Shown piece after piece: positions 11,198-21,045 of a DNA stretch of 64,000 nucleotides. The position numbers were made by a program, and so were the translations under genes. Within the stretch, counting starts at the first letter, position 1. Each line of letters starts with the position of its first letter. Source of the stretch: Prolixibacteraceae bacterium. GTDB taxonomy: Bacteria > Bacteroidota > Bacteroidia > Bacteroidales > Prolixibacteraceae. Location of the stretch: NCBI GenBank assembly GCA_003537645.1, contig DPRM01000087.1, positions 36,592 to 100,591 on the forward strand. The letters run 5' to 3'. Under the pieces are notes generated by a model. That model did not search any database. It was not told the DNA's origin and was given only the letters and a program-made list of their open reading frames with translations.

Positions 11198-12183
11198 TGC
11201 ATGGACGAATGACCAGAAAACTGATTTATTTCTGGGAAAGGATTGTCGTTAAGGCAAAAAGAATCACCTTTCCCGGTTTTGACGGGATGCCATTGTACAA
11301 TGTAATGGTATTTTTTTGGAGAAGTATTATCGACGGGGGGCTTACTACCCGGGCTTCAGCAATTTCTTTTAGCTTTTTTATGGCCTTGTTCCCGGCCATT
11401 ATTTTCCTGTTTACGCTTATCCCTTACATTCCAATTGATAATTTTCAGGACGAGTTGTTTTTGCTGATAAAGGATATGGTTCCGAGAAATGCTTTTCTGG
11501 CCATCGAAGAAACTGTTAAAGATATCCTGACCCAGCAGCGTGGCGATTTGCTTTCACTTGGATTTTTTATGGCTCTTATCTTTTCAACAAATGGGCTGGC
11601 TTCTATGATGGGTGCATTCGACGCTTCGCTGCATACTTTCGAGCGCCGGACCTGGTGGGGGCAGCACCTTATCGCACTTGTGCTGCTTGTAATTCTTGCA
11701 TTTTTAATCACTATTGCAATTGGCCTGATAACTTATGGGCAGCATTTAATAAACTATCTGGCTGAAAACGATTACCTTAAGGGGCAATTCCTTTTTTATA
11801 CACTTGTATTTGCAAAATGGCTCGTAATATTGTTTTTGTTCTTCATGGCCAATTCGTTTTTATACTATCTGGCTCCTGCAAAAAAAACAAAATGGCGGTT
11901 TATTTCGGCCGGAAGTACTTTGGCAACATTTTTATGTGTCGTTACTTTTGTCGGATTTTCTTATTACATCAACCGTTTCGGGCAATACAACAAATTATAC
12001 GGATCAATCGGAACACTTCTGGTGATTATGCTTTTGATGTATTTCCTCTCGCTGATTCTTCTGATTGGGTTCGAATTAAATGCCAGTATTAACGAAGCCG
12101 TTAAACATTCCAGAAGAGAAACTATCCATTTCAAAGCAGTGCGCGAAAATGCTGTCAAAGGCAGGAACAAGAAACGTAGTTGA
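11197..12183 (+). CDS. YihY/virulence factor BrkB family membrane protein
   Basis: ASAISFSFFMALFP, YNKLYGSIG, GFELNA. TGATG overlap with the upstream gene. Confidence 0.88.
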   Translation: MHGRMTRKLIYFWERIVVKAKRITFPGFDGMPLYNVMVFFWRSIIDGGLTTRASAISFSFFMALFPAIIFLFTLIPYIPIDNFQDELFLLIKDMVPRNAFLAIEETVKDILTQQRGDLLSLGFFMALIFSTNGLASMMGAFDASLHTFERRTWWGQHLIALVLLVILAFLITIAIGLITYGQHLINYLAENDYLKGQFLFYTLVFAKWLVILFLFFMANSFLYYLAPAKKTKWRFISAGSTLATFLCVVTFVGFSYYINRFGQYNKLYGSIGTLLVIMLLMYFLSLILLIGFELNASINEAVKHSRRETIHFKAVRENAVKGRNKKRS

Positions 12184-12226
12184 TAATCAATAAAATTGAA
12201 GGCTGATTTTTCTCCGGAAGCTTTGG

Positions 12227-13096
12227 TCACTTCCCCATTTTAAACAGAATTTCCTTTTCTTCTTTTGAAAGTGAACCATAACCCGATTTGCTTATCTTCT
12301 CCAGAATTTCATTCATACGGGCTTGATCCTGATTCTTTTGCCGGTTGTATTCAATGTCGTTTACCGGCTTTCGGTAGGTGATTTTTACTTTGGGTTTTGG
12401 TGAGAATTGTTTTTTTATCCAATTCAATAGTGAAGTTATTCCTTTGCCCGTATCAAATCCCCGGCGAAGCTGAAGTACATAAACTACACCCCAGAATGCT
12501 CCTCCCAAATGTGCCAGATTGCCTCCTGCGTTGGTCGATGAAATACCAATTACATAAAGAACAACCGAAACGAGAGCAATAAATTTCATTTTTACCGGCC
12601 CGATAAACATCAGGTGAATGCTATGGTTCGGTGCGTGAACCGCCAAAGCTGTTACAATAGCAATTACCGAAGCCGATGCGCCGAGGAGTCTCGAATCGGC
12701 AACAATTCCGGAGAAAACAGGGAACGAATTATACCCGAGAATGTAAAATAAACCACCGGAAATTCCACCCAAAATATAAATTGCAATTAATTTGCCCTGA
12801 TCAAAATACCCAAGAAAAATTTGCCCCATCCAATAGAGCCAGAGCAGGTTAAACAGGATATGCAAAAAATCGAAATGCAGGAACATATAAGTGATAAGTG
12901 TCCACGGCCTGCTGGCAAGTGTACCGAAATCGGCCGGAAGAGCCAGCCAGTCGAGAAACGGGAACTCGGCGCCTGCCAAAAAGAAAAAAACATTGACGAT
13001 CCGGATGGTCAGAAATATACCCAAATTGATGTAAATCAGTCGGGTCAAGGCTGATCCTTCTCTGAAAGATTCTTTTATTTCATCAAAAAGGTTCAT
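12227..13096 (-). CDS. Rhomboid intramembrane serine protease with C-terminal soluble tail
   Basis: HILFN, GASA, AHLGG motifs. Confidence 0.9.
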   Translation of the reverse strand: MNLFDEIKESFREGSALTRLIYINLGIFLTIRIVNVFFFLAGAEFPFLDWLALPADFGTLASRPWTLITYMFLHFDFLHILFNLLWLYWMGQIFLGYFDQGKLIAIYILGGISGGLFYILGYNSFPVFSGIVADSRLLGASASVIAIVTALAVHAPNHSIHLMFIGPVKMKFIALVSVVLYVIGISSTNAGGNLAHLGGAFWGVVYVLQLRRGFDTGKGITSLLNWIKKQFSPKPKVKITYRKPVNDIEYNRQKNQDQARMNEILEKISKSGYGSLSKEEKEILFKMGK

Positions 13097-13099
13097 CGA

Positions 13100-13840
13100 C
13101 TAAAAAAAGTGTTTTGTGTTTCTGTTCCAGTATTTTATCATGAAGAACCCGAATAGCATTCCGCCGAGATGGGCAAAATGGGCAATATTGCTGCCGGTTT
13201 GTGTAACACCCAGAAAAAGCTCAAGAGCTCCGTAACCCATCACAAAATATTTGGCTTTAATTGGAATTGGTGGAAAAAGCAGCATCAATTGAGTATTGGG
13301 AAATAGCATACCGAAGCCAAGTAGAATCCCGAACACAGCTCCTGATGCTCCAACTGTCGGAACATTTAAAATAAGGTTTAGCTTTCCTGCCAAGGGATCG
13401 GAGAAGTTCTTCCCCTGATTAAAAATTTCGGTTCCTTCACTCAATACCATTTGCACTGCTTCAGGTGTCATTTTAGATGCAATGCTCTGAAATTCCATGA
13501 AATTAACGAAAGTGTGAAGTGCTGCAGCTCCAAGGCCGGTAACAAAATAGTAAATAAAAAAGCGTTTCGGTCCCCAAACACTTTCCAGCACCCGGCCAAA
13601 CATCCAAAGCGCAAACATATTAAACAGGAGATGTGTAAATCCGCCGTGCATAAAAATATGCGTTACGAGCTGGTAGGGCCTAAAATCAGGAGACTGAAAA
13701 TAGCGAAGCCCTAAAATGCCGGCAAGGTCGATTCCTCTCATGCTTAACACATAAGTTACAAAAAGCATTATCGCATTGATGATAATCAGGTTTTTGACAA
13801 CCGGAGGGACTGTATTGAAACTGGGTCTGAAATTTTGCAT
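13100..13840 (-). CDS. Rhomboid intramembrane serine protease
   Basis: HLLFNM, GASGAVFG, AHFAHLGG motifs. Confidence 0.92.
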   Translation of the reverse strand: MQNFRPSFNTVPPVVKNLIIINAIMLFVTYVLSMRGIDLAGILGLRYFQSPDFRPYQLVTHIFMHGGFTHLLFNMFALWMFGRVLESVWGPKRFFIYYFVTGLGAAALHTFVNFMEFQSIASKMTPEAVQMVLSEGTEIFNQGKNFSDPLAGKLNLILNVPTVGASGAVFGILLGFGMLFPNTQLMLLFPPIPIKAKYFVMGYGALELFLGVTQTGSNIAHFAHLGGMLFGFFMIKYWNRNTKHFF

Positions 13841-13971
13841 CGTATTATTTTTAGACTATAAACTTTAGATATTAGGCTCAGGATTCGAAACTTAAGCCTA
13901 TCGGCTACTATTGACAAACACCCGACCAAAGTAATAATTTTCCGGGTTCCCGCATCTTCTGCGTCAAAATG

Positions 13972-15822
13972 TCACTTCAACAGTTTTTCAAAATCTTCCA
14001 ATGGCATGATAGACAGTAACTTTTTCCCTTTAGGCGAAAAATTGGGCGTTTGGCAGGCAAAAAGATTGTCGATTAATTCGCTGATCTCAACTGGCTTTAG
14101 TGCGTGGCCATAAGGAATTGCCGAGGCTTGCGCCAGCGAAATTGCCACCTTTTCACGTGCTTTTTCCTGAAGGTTGACGGGTGAATTCTTAAATTCTTCG
14201 AGCAAGCTTTCGATGATTTCGACCGGAGTTGAGGTGTCCAAAACGCCCGGAGTTCCGTTGATAATGAAACTGTTCTTGCCAAAATCGCGGATATCGAAGC
14301 CCAGCGACCGCAGATCGGTCAGGATACTGGTTAGCAAAGCTGCATCGGAAGCATTCAATTCAAAAGTTTCAGGAAAAAGCTGCTGCTGGCATGCTACTTC
14401 GTTGGTTTCCATTACCTGAATCAGTCTTTCGTACAGAATTCGCTCGTGTGCCCGCTTCTGGTCAATCACCATCAGCCCAGACTTAACAGGTGTGAGTATG
14501 TATTTGTTTTTAAACTGAACCGAACTTTTAAGGGTTTGTTGTTCTTCCATCTTAAATTGTACCGGATCTGCTTCAGGTTCTTCTTTTTTTTCTGAAAAGT
14601 CGGGTTCGAGTCCTTTATACAGCGACTGCCAGCTGCTCAGGTTGCCGCGTTGTGTTGGTGCAGGCGTGTAACTTTTTTCTGTTCCGGGGTAATTTCGGGT
14701 TGAAGATGCCTGATTAAAAGGATTGTAATCGGGATTTACTTTTATTTCAGGCGTACGAATATCTGCATAATCTCTAAGTGGCATCGGGATATCAACACTT
14801 CCGGCCTGATCAAAATCGATGGATGGCACAATGTTGAATTTGCCGAGTGCTTCGCGAACCGAAGCCTGTAATATCTGCCAGATAGCCGATTCGTTTTCGA
14901 ATTTGATCTCCGTTTTGGTCGGATGAATATTGACATCGATATCAGCCGGATTCAACTCAAAATATATAAAATACGATGGGATTGCATCGGGTGGCAAGAT
15001 TTTCTCGTAAGCCTGCATAATGGCGCGATGAAAAAACGGGTGTTTCATGTATCGGTGGTTCACGAAAAAGAACTGCTCACCAAAGGTTTTTCTCGCGTGC
15101 TTGGGTTGCCCGATGAAACCGGTAATTTTCACCAGCGAAGTTTCGGTGTCAATCGGTATCAGGTTTTGATTGATGTTTTTTCCAAAAATTGAAACGATCC
15201 GTACCCTTTTGTTCGCACCGGTTAACTCATAAATGGCCGACCCGTTGTGATGCAGCGAAATCGAAATATCAGCATTGGCAAGTGCAATACGCTGAATTTC
15301 GTTGATGATGTGTTTCAATTCTGCAGGATTCGATTTCAGGAATTTACGCCTTGCCGGTACATTGAAAAACAGGTTTTTTATCTGGAAATTTGTACCGCTG
15401 TCGCAACTTACGGGCTCCTGACTGATGATATTTGAGCCTGAAATATGGATAAAAGTTCCCAAATCCTGATCGTGTTCTTTGGTGCGAAGTTCCACTTCGG
15501 CGATGGCGGCAATTGAAGCCAGTGCCTCGCCCCTGAAACCCATTGTACGAATGGCGAAAATATCGTTGGCCGATTTTATTTTGGAAGTAGCGTGCCGTTC
15601 GAACGACATGCGGGCGTCGGTATCAGACATGCCGCAGCCATTGTCGATAATCTGAATTAGAGTGCGGCCCGCATCTTTAATATTGACTTTTATTTGCGTT
15701 GCTCCGGCGTCGATGGCGTTTTCAACCAGTTCTTTCACTACCGAAGCAGGCCTTTGGATGACCTCTCCGGCTGCAATCTGATTGGCTACCGAATCGGGAA
15801 GTAGTTGGATAATATCTGGCAC
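13972..15822 (-). CDS. mutL: DNA mismatch repair protein MutL
   Basis: NQIAAGEVIQRPASVVKELVENAIDAGA, HATSKI, GFRGEALASI, DVNIHPTKTE. GTG start. Confidence 0.97.
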   Translation of the reverse strand: MPDIIQLLPDSVANQIAAGEVIQRPASVVKELVENAIDAGATQIKVNIKDAGRTLIQIIDNGCGMSDTDARMSFERHATSKIKSANDIFAIRTMGFRGEALASIAAIAEVELRTKEHDQDLGTFIHISGSNIISQEPVSCDSGTNFQIKNLFFNVPARRKFLKSNPAELKHIINEIQRIALANADISISLHHNGSAIYELTGANKRVRIVSIFGKNINQNLIPIDTETSLVKITGFIGQPKHARKTFGEQFFFVNHRYMKHPFFHRAIMQAYEKILPPDAIPSYFIYFELNPADIDVNIHPTKTEIKFENESAIWQILQASVREALGKFNIVPSIDFDQAGSVDIPMPLRDYADIRTPEIKVNPDYNPFNQASSTRNYPGTEKSYTPAPTQRGNLSSWQSLYKGLEPDFSEKKEEPEADPVQFKMEEQQTLKSSVQFKNKYILTPVKSGLMVIDQKRAHERILYERLIQVMETNEVACQQQLFPETFELNASDAALLTSILTDLRSLGFDIRDFGKNSFIINGTPGVLDTSTPVEIIESLLEEFKNSPVNLQEKAREKVAISLAQASAIPYGHALKPVEISELIDNLFACQTPNFSPKGKKLLSIMPLEDFEKLLK

Positions 15823-15835
15823 AGAAGTGTTTTGA

Positions 15836-16132
15836 CTATTTCAGTAATAAATAAAATAAAACAGATAAAAGGATGACAATGTAGAACAAACGCATGTTCG
15901 ATTTCCTCCGGGCATCCGACACTGTTTTGCTGTTCATCAGTTTTCCTGAATTTCTGAACTGGCCTTTAATCCCGGATTTGTAGATTGAACTGATTTCTTC
16001 CTCGTTGTTTTGTTCAAGTTCTCTTTTAATCCTTTCTTCGCGCTCCTTCATTGCCTCTTTTTGAGGATCGTAGAAGCGGGTGCCAATATTAAACTGCCTC
16101 GTTTTTGGCAGATGTAAGAATTTCATTCCCAT
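15836..16132 (-). CDS. Small conserved hypothetical protein with C-terminal TM helix
   Basis: 98-aa ORF directly upstream of mutL. A TAATTTTG -7 box lies at 16153-16160 (minus strand). Confidence 0.7.
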   Translation of the reverse strand: MGMKFLHLPKTRQFNIGTRFYDPQKEAMKEREERIKRELEQNNEEEISSIYKSGIKGQFRNSGKLMNSKTVSDARRKSNMRLFYIVILLSVLFYLLLK

Positions 16133-16196
16133 TGTGAATCGTTTTAAGGATGCAAAATTAACAATTCTGAATGACCCAGAAATTTTATTGAAACAA

Positions 16197-17414
16197 TTAT
16201 CCGTTCAGGTTCTTGCCAAATATCCTGAAACGTTTGTAAACACGTCCACCCATTCTTTCCATCTCGGCTCTCACTTTGGTATTCGTTTCGAGTTCGAGGT
16301 GTGAATCGAGTTGTGTTTTCCCGAGTGAAATGGCCGATTCGAACATTTTAACACCCATCATTGCGTCCAGTCCTTTGCCGCGGTAAGCCGGATCGATACC
16401 GCCCAGCAACAGGTTCAGCTGTTTCGATTTTCTGGCAGAGCTAATAATCCTGAATATTCCGAATGGAAACAGTTTTCCTTTTGCTTTTTGTATTCCTTCG
16501 CCAATGTGCGACATTCCAATCACAAAGGCAACTACTTCGTTTTCCTGGTTCACCACGATCTTGATAAAACGCGGATTGATCAAAAACAAATAACGGTTAG
16601 CGAAATCGTCCATCTCCGCATCCGAAAAAGGTACAAATCCGAATATTTCAGTAAAAGTGCGATTCAGTAAGTGAAGAACCGGATGAATGTATGGTTTAAC
16701 TTTTCGTCGCGATGTAAATTCCAGAACACGTAAATTTTTATTCATCTGCGTGGCACGTTCCTGTATCTTTTTGTAGAATTCCGGAATTTGGTCAGGTATT
16801 TTTATTTGATAAACAACAAGGTCAATTTCTTTGGTGAAGTTATTGTTTTCGAGCAACTCAACCTGATAAGGGAAATTGCAGTTGGATGCAATTACAACGG
16901 GTTCGTCAAATCCTTCGATCAGGAAACCCTGTGGATCTTTATCTGAAAAAGCTAGAGGCCCGATCAGTTTCACCATTCCTTTTTCCTTTGCCCAGTTTTC
17001 AACAAAATGGAGCAGAGCAGCAGCAACTTCTGGATCATTCCATGTTTCGAAATAGGCAAAACGTGCATGGTTTTCATTATGGGTAGCATTGTATTTTTTA
17101 TGGATAATTCCCATGATCCGGCCAACAACTTCGTCGCCTTTATGCGCCAGCAGCAGAATGGTATCGCAGGCATCAAACGATTTGTTTTTCTTCGGATTGA
17201 AGAACTCTTTTTCGTCCATGTAAATTGGTGGAACCCAGTTCGAATGATTTTTGTGAATGGTAGCCGGAAGATGAATAAACTGGTGCAACTGTTTGCGGGA
17301 AATTACTTCCTGAATGGTGATTAGCGATTTGGAGGCTGTTCGTGGCGATTGATTAGTTTCTGACATTTCTTTTCCGCTATCTTTTTGAACTATTGGGCTT
17401 GAAGTTGATACCAT
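16197..17414 (-). CDS. Tandem-GNAT acyltransferase (YghO-like; bacterial ceramide-synthase-like family)
   Basis: VVGRI..I, RFAYFE, GPLAFSDKDPQGFLIEGF, NFPY, IDPAYRGKG, ELETN motifs. Confidence 0.65.
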   Translation of the reverse strand: MVSTSSPIVQKDSGKEMSETNQSPRTASKSLITIQEVISRKQLHQFIHLPATIHKNHSNWVPPIYMDEKEFFNPKKNKSFDACDTILLLAHKGDEVVGRIMGIIHKKYNATHNENHARFAYFETWNDPEVAAALLHFVENWAKEKGMVKLIGPLAFSDKDPQGFLIEGFDEPVVIASNCNFPYQVELLENNNFTKEIDLVVYQIKIPDQIPEFYKKIQERATQMNKNLRVLEFTSRRKVKPYIHPVLHLLNRTFTEIFGFVPFSDAEMDDFANRYLFLINPRFIKIVVNQENEVVAFVIGMSHIGEGIQKAKGKLFPFGIFRIISSARKSKQLNLLLGGIDPAYRGKGLDAMMGVKMFESAISLGKTQLDSHLELETNTKVRAEMERMGGRVYKRFRIFGKNLNG

Positions 17415-17528
17415 TTAGCGTCTTTTAAATCGGAGAACAAGATATTCAATTTTTTATTGATAATACTATTGTGCAAGTGATGCCGTCTTTGTAAATTTAG
17501 CTAACAATAAATCTGATAAACTATTTTC

Positions 17529-19067
17529 ATGCTGATAAAAACCTTTGCCAGCGCCGTTCACGGCATCAATGCTACCACAATTACAATTGAAACCGAGATT
17601 TCACAGGGGATAAAATTTTATATGGTCGGTTTACCCGATAGTGCGGTAAAGGAGAGCCAGCAAAGAATAGAGTCGGCAATGAGGCTCAATAATTTCAAAT
17701 GGCCCCGGAAAAAAGTGGTTATAAACATGGCTCCGGCCGACATTCGAAAAGAAGGATCGGCTTACGATTTGCCTCTGGCTATTGGTATTTTGGCAGCCAA
17801 CGAACAAATAAAATCCGACAAAGTTTCCAGTTTCCTGATGGTGGGCGAATTGTCGCTCGACGGAAACCTGCAGCCCGTGAAGGGCGCTTTGTCGATTGCC
17901 ATTAAAGCACGGCAGGAGGGTTTTGAAGGCTTTATACTTCCGAAGGAAAATGCACGCGAGGCAGCTGTTGTCGATACATTAAAAGTGTATGGAGTTGAAT
18001 GCCTCCGCGAAGTGATTGATTTTTTTAACGATGAAATAGTGTTGGAACAGACCATCGTCAATACCCGTGAAGAATTCTTTACGAAAGTAAACGAATGTGA
18101 TGTCGATTTTAGCGATGTAAAAGGCCAGGAAAACGTAAAGCGGGCCCTCGAAATCGCTGCTGCCGGCGGACACAATGTAATTATGATTGGTCCTCCCGGG
18201 GCAGGTAAAACCATGCTAGCCAAACGTATTCCGACCATTCTACCTCCTTTCTCGCTTCGCGAAGCATTGGAAACTACTAAAATACATTCAGTAGTTGGCA
18301 AGATCGATAGAGAAACTTCGCTCATGACACAACGGCCGTTTCGTAGTCCGCACCATACAATTTCTGATGTTGCTTTGGTAGGCGGCGGCGCTTTCCCTCA
18401 GCCGGGGGAAATTAGTTTGGCGCACAATGGCGTTTTATTTCTGGACGAGCTTCCTGAATTTAAACGGCAGGTGCTCGAAGTTATGCGACAACCTTTGGAA
18501 GATCGGACGATTACCATTTCACGGGCAAAATTTTCGGTCGAATTTCCTGCAAGTTTTATGCTTGTAACTTCCATGAATCCCTGCCCGTGCGGATACTACA
18601 ACCATCCAAGCAAAGAATGTGTTTGTGGTCCGGGCATTGTTGCCAAATACCTGAATAAAATTTCAGGCCCGCTGCTCGACCGTATCGACATTCATCTTGA
18701 GGTGGTTCCGGTTCCATTTAAAAAGCTGTCGGAGAATACGGTTACTGAGCCCAGTATCGATATTCGGCTGCGGGTAATCCGTGCCCGTGAGATACAATCG
18801 TACCGCTTTACGAAAAGCGATGGTGTATTTTGCAATGCGCAGATGTCGTCGAAAATGATCCGTCAATATGTCGATCTGGATGAAGCCAGCAGTAGTTTGC
18901 TAAAAAATGCGATGGAAAAACTTGGTTTGTCAGCACGTGCATACGACCGTATCCTGAAGGTGTCGCGCACAATTGCCGATCTTGAAAATAGCGAACGGGT
19001 CGAAAGTCATCATTTATCGGAAGCCATTCAGTACCGGAGTCTGGACAGGGAAAATTGGGGAGGTTGA
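17529..19067 (+). CDS. comM: ComM/YifB Mg-chelatase-like AAA+ ATPase
   Basis: GLPDSAVKES, GPPGAGKT, PFRSPHHT, GEISLAHNGVLFLDELPEF, NPCPCG, SGPLLDRID. Confidence 0.93.
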   Translation: MLIKTFASAVHGINATTITIETEISQGIKFYMVGLPDSAVKESQQRIESAMRLNNFKWPRKKVVINMAPADIRKEGSAYDLPLAIGILAANEQIKSDKVSSFLMVGELSLDGNLQPVKGALSIAIKARQEGFEGFILPKENAREAAVVDTLKVYGVECLREVIDFFNDEIVLEQTIVNTREEFFTKVNECDVDFSDVKGQENVKRALEIAAAGGHNVIMIGPPGAGKTMLAKRIPTILPPFSLREALETTKIHSVVGKIDRETSLMTQRPFRSPHHTISDVALVGGGAFPQPGEISLAHNGVLFLDELPEFKRQVLEVMRQPLEDRTITISRAKFSVEFPASFMLVTSMNPCPCGYYNHPSKECVCGPGIVAKYLNKISGPLLDRIDIHLEVVPVPFKKLSENTVTEPSIDIRLRVIRAREIQSYRFTKSDGVFCNAQMSSKMIRQYVDLDEASSSLLKNAMEKLGLSARAYDRILKVSRTIADLENSERVESHHLSEAIQYRSLDRENWGG

Positions 19068-19163
19068 TTGGGAATCTTGAAGCTTCGAAAGGCAGTTGCC
19101 GGGATATTTTTGATTAATCAACTTTAAGAATTAGAACTCTAAATTTGAATTTATGTTTATTTT

Positions 19164-19337
19164 GTGTTGAGAAAAATGGTCAATAACACAATAAATTGCA
19201 CTTAATGATGTAAAAAGCCAACAAAAGATAAAAATTAGTTGAATTGTTTTATTATTTCAAAAATAAAATATTAAATTTGTTGTGAAAAACCATCAATAAA
19301 TATAAAAAAACAAAATAATGATGGAAAATATCAACAT
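19164..19337 (+). promoter_or_regulatory. hipBA promoter (-7 box TAAATTTG at 19272-19279) with four candidate HipB operators WTGWTG-N8-CAWCAW
   Basis: Inverted repeats at 19164-19183 (degenerate), 19205-19224, 19277-19296 and 19318-19337. Confidence 0.6.
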
Positions 19338-19674
19338 AAAGTGGAATGAATTAAGTGATGGAGCATTACTGGTGCAGATTGGTCAGTTTGTTCAGCAAAC
19401 ACGCCTTAAACAGAATAAAAGCCAGCAGCAGGTAGCCAATGCCGCCGGAGTTAACCGGAGTACCCTGAGTCAAATCGAAAATGGGCGTGGAGGAACTCTT
19501 CTTTCGCTGATTCAGATTTTGAGGGTACTCAATCAAATGTCGTTTCTGAACGTTTTTCAGGTTGAAGAGAAGATTAGCCCTATGTATCTTGCGAAAATGG
19601 AAATGAAGAAGCGCAGGCGAGCCCGAACCCCCAAAAAAGATGATCCCAAGCCATATTCTTTACCTGATTGGTGA
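19318..19674 (+). CDS. hipB: XRE/HTH antitoxin, HipB-like
   Basis: RLKQNKSQQQVANAAGVNRSTLSQIENG Cro/C1 HTH. Its stop overlaps the hipA start. Confidence 0.8.
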   Translation: MMENINIKWNELSDGALLVQIGQFVQQTRLKQNKSQQQVANAAGVNRSTLSQIENGRGGTLLSLIQILRVLNQMSFLNVFQVEEKISPMYLAKMEMKKRRRARTPKKDDPKPYSLPDW

Positions 19675-20966
19675 TGATAGAAAATGCATTCATAAATATC
19701 TGGAATAAGCGCATTGGTGCTATTCACTGGAATTCAGAATCAGGAGTTGCTGACTTTGAATTCGATGTGGATTTTCTTCAATCCGGATTAGATGTGTCGC
19801 CAATGAAAATGCCAATCAGAGAAGCCTCCAATAATATATTTTCATTTCGGGAGCTTGCCGGAAGCAATACATTTAAAGGTTTGCCCGGATTGCTGGCCGA
19901 TGTTTTACCCGATCGTTACGGAAGTGCGTTGATTGATGCCTGGCTGGCCCGCGTAGGTCGTCCTTCGGGAAGTATGAACCCGGTTGAAATGCTTTGTTTT
20001 ACCGGGAAGCGTGGAATGGGAGCATTGGAATTCGAGCCGGTAGTGCCAAAATCTGCCAATCAGGCTACAGTTGTTGAAATTGGGAGTTTGGTCGATGTGG
20101 CGCAGCAAATCCTGACCGGACGGCAGTCGTTTCAGACCGACATTTCGAACGATGAGCAAAAAGCACTTTCCGATATTTTGAAAATCGGGACTTCGGCCGG
20201 AGGGGCGCGGGCAAAGGCAGTTGTGGCGTATAATCTTGAAACTGGCGAGGTTCGCTCTGGACAAACCGATGCTCCGGATGGTTTTACGCAATGGCTTCTT
20301 AAGTTCGATGGGGTTGACGATAGTCAGTTTGGAGCTACTTTTGGTTATGGCAGGGTTGAAATGGCTTATTATCTGATGGCTGCTGACTGCGGCATTGAGA
20401 TGACGGAATGCCGCCTGATCGAGGAAAGCGGGCGCGCACATTTTATGACCCGCCGGTTCGACCGCCCAAGAGGCAGCGAAAAGTTACATGTTCAAACATT
20501 TTGTGGGTTGATGCACTACGATTTCAACGATATTTATTCGTACAGCTACGAGCAATTGTTTCAGACCATGCGAATGTTGCGGCTTACTTATCCCGAAGCA
20601 GAACAAATGTTCCGGCGGATGGTGTTCAATGTAATGGCACAGAATTGCGACGATCATACCAAGAATTTTGCTTTTTTGATGAATCAATCGGGCGAATGGA
20701 AACTGGCTCCGGCTTATGATGTTTGCCATGCTTACCGCCCCGGAAGCGCCTGGGTAAGCCAACATGCGCTGAGCATAAATGGCAAGAGACAAGGAATTAC
20801 GCGTGACGATCTGCTGGAAGTTGGTCGCCAGATGAATGTAAAAAAAGCGCCTGCCATTATTCAGCAAATTGCCGAAACGGTTGCCAAATGGCATGGATTT
20901 GCGGAGCAGGTTGGTGTGGAGGCGAAATTGAGGGATGCAATTGGGGAGACACTGGTAATTTTGTAG
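19674..20966 (+). CDS. hipA: HipA-family Ser/Thr kinase toxin
   Basis: LPDRYG, SAGGARAK, WLLKFD, RRFDR, NCDDHTKNF, LAPAYDV. Confidence 0.92.
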   Translation: MIENAFINIWNKRIGAIHWNSESGVADFEFDVDFLQSGLDVSPMKMPIREASNNIFSFRELAGSNTFKGLPGLLADVLPDRYGSALIDAWLARVGRPSGSMNPVEMLCFTGKRGMGALEFEPVVPKSANQATVVEIGSLVDVAQQILTGRQSFQTDISNDEQKALSDILKIGTSAGGARAKAVVAYNLETGEVRSGQTDAPDGFTQWLLKFDGVDDSQFGATFGYGRVEMAYYLMAADCGIEMTECRLIEESGRAHFMTRRFDRPRGSEKLHVQTFCGLMHYDFNDIYSYSYEQLFQTMRMLRLTYPEAEQMFRRMVFNVMAQNCDDHTKNFAFLMNQSGEWKLAPAYDVCHAYRPGSAWVSQHALSINGKRQGITRDDLLEVGRQMNVKKAPAIIQQIAETVAKWHGFAEQVGVEAKLRDAIGETLVIL

Positions 20967-20978
20967 TTCATAAAATAG

Positions 20979-21011
20979 CAACTTGAGGTCACAATTTGTG
21001 ACCTCAAGTTG
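20979..21011. repeat. Perfect 16-bp-arm palindrome matching the ORF6N internal palindrome
   Basis: CAACTTGAGGTCACAA-T-TTGTGACCTCAAGTTG. Confidence 0.9.
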
Positions 21012-21045
21012 GGAAAAGATAAATTTTGCTTAAAAATAAATTTAC

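Noticed and set aside
12227-15822. Tandem rhomboids next to mutL, and the degenerate MutL endonuclease motif (DQKRAHE)
   Set aside because: To my knowledge both are ordinary for Bacteroidota.
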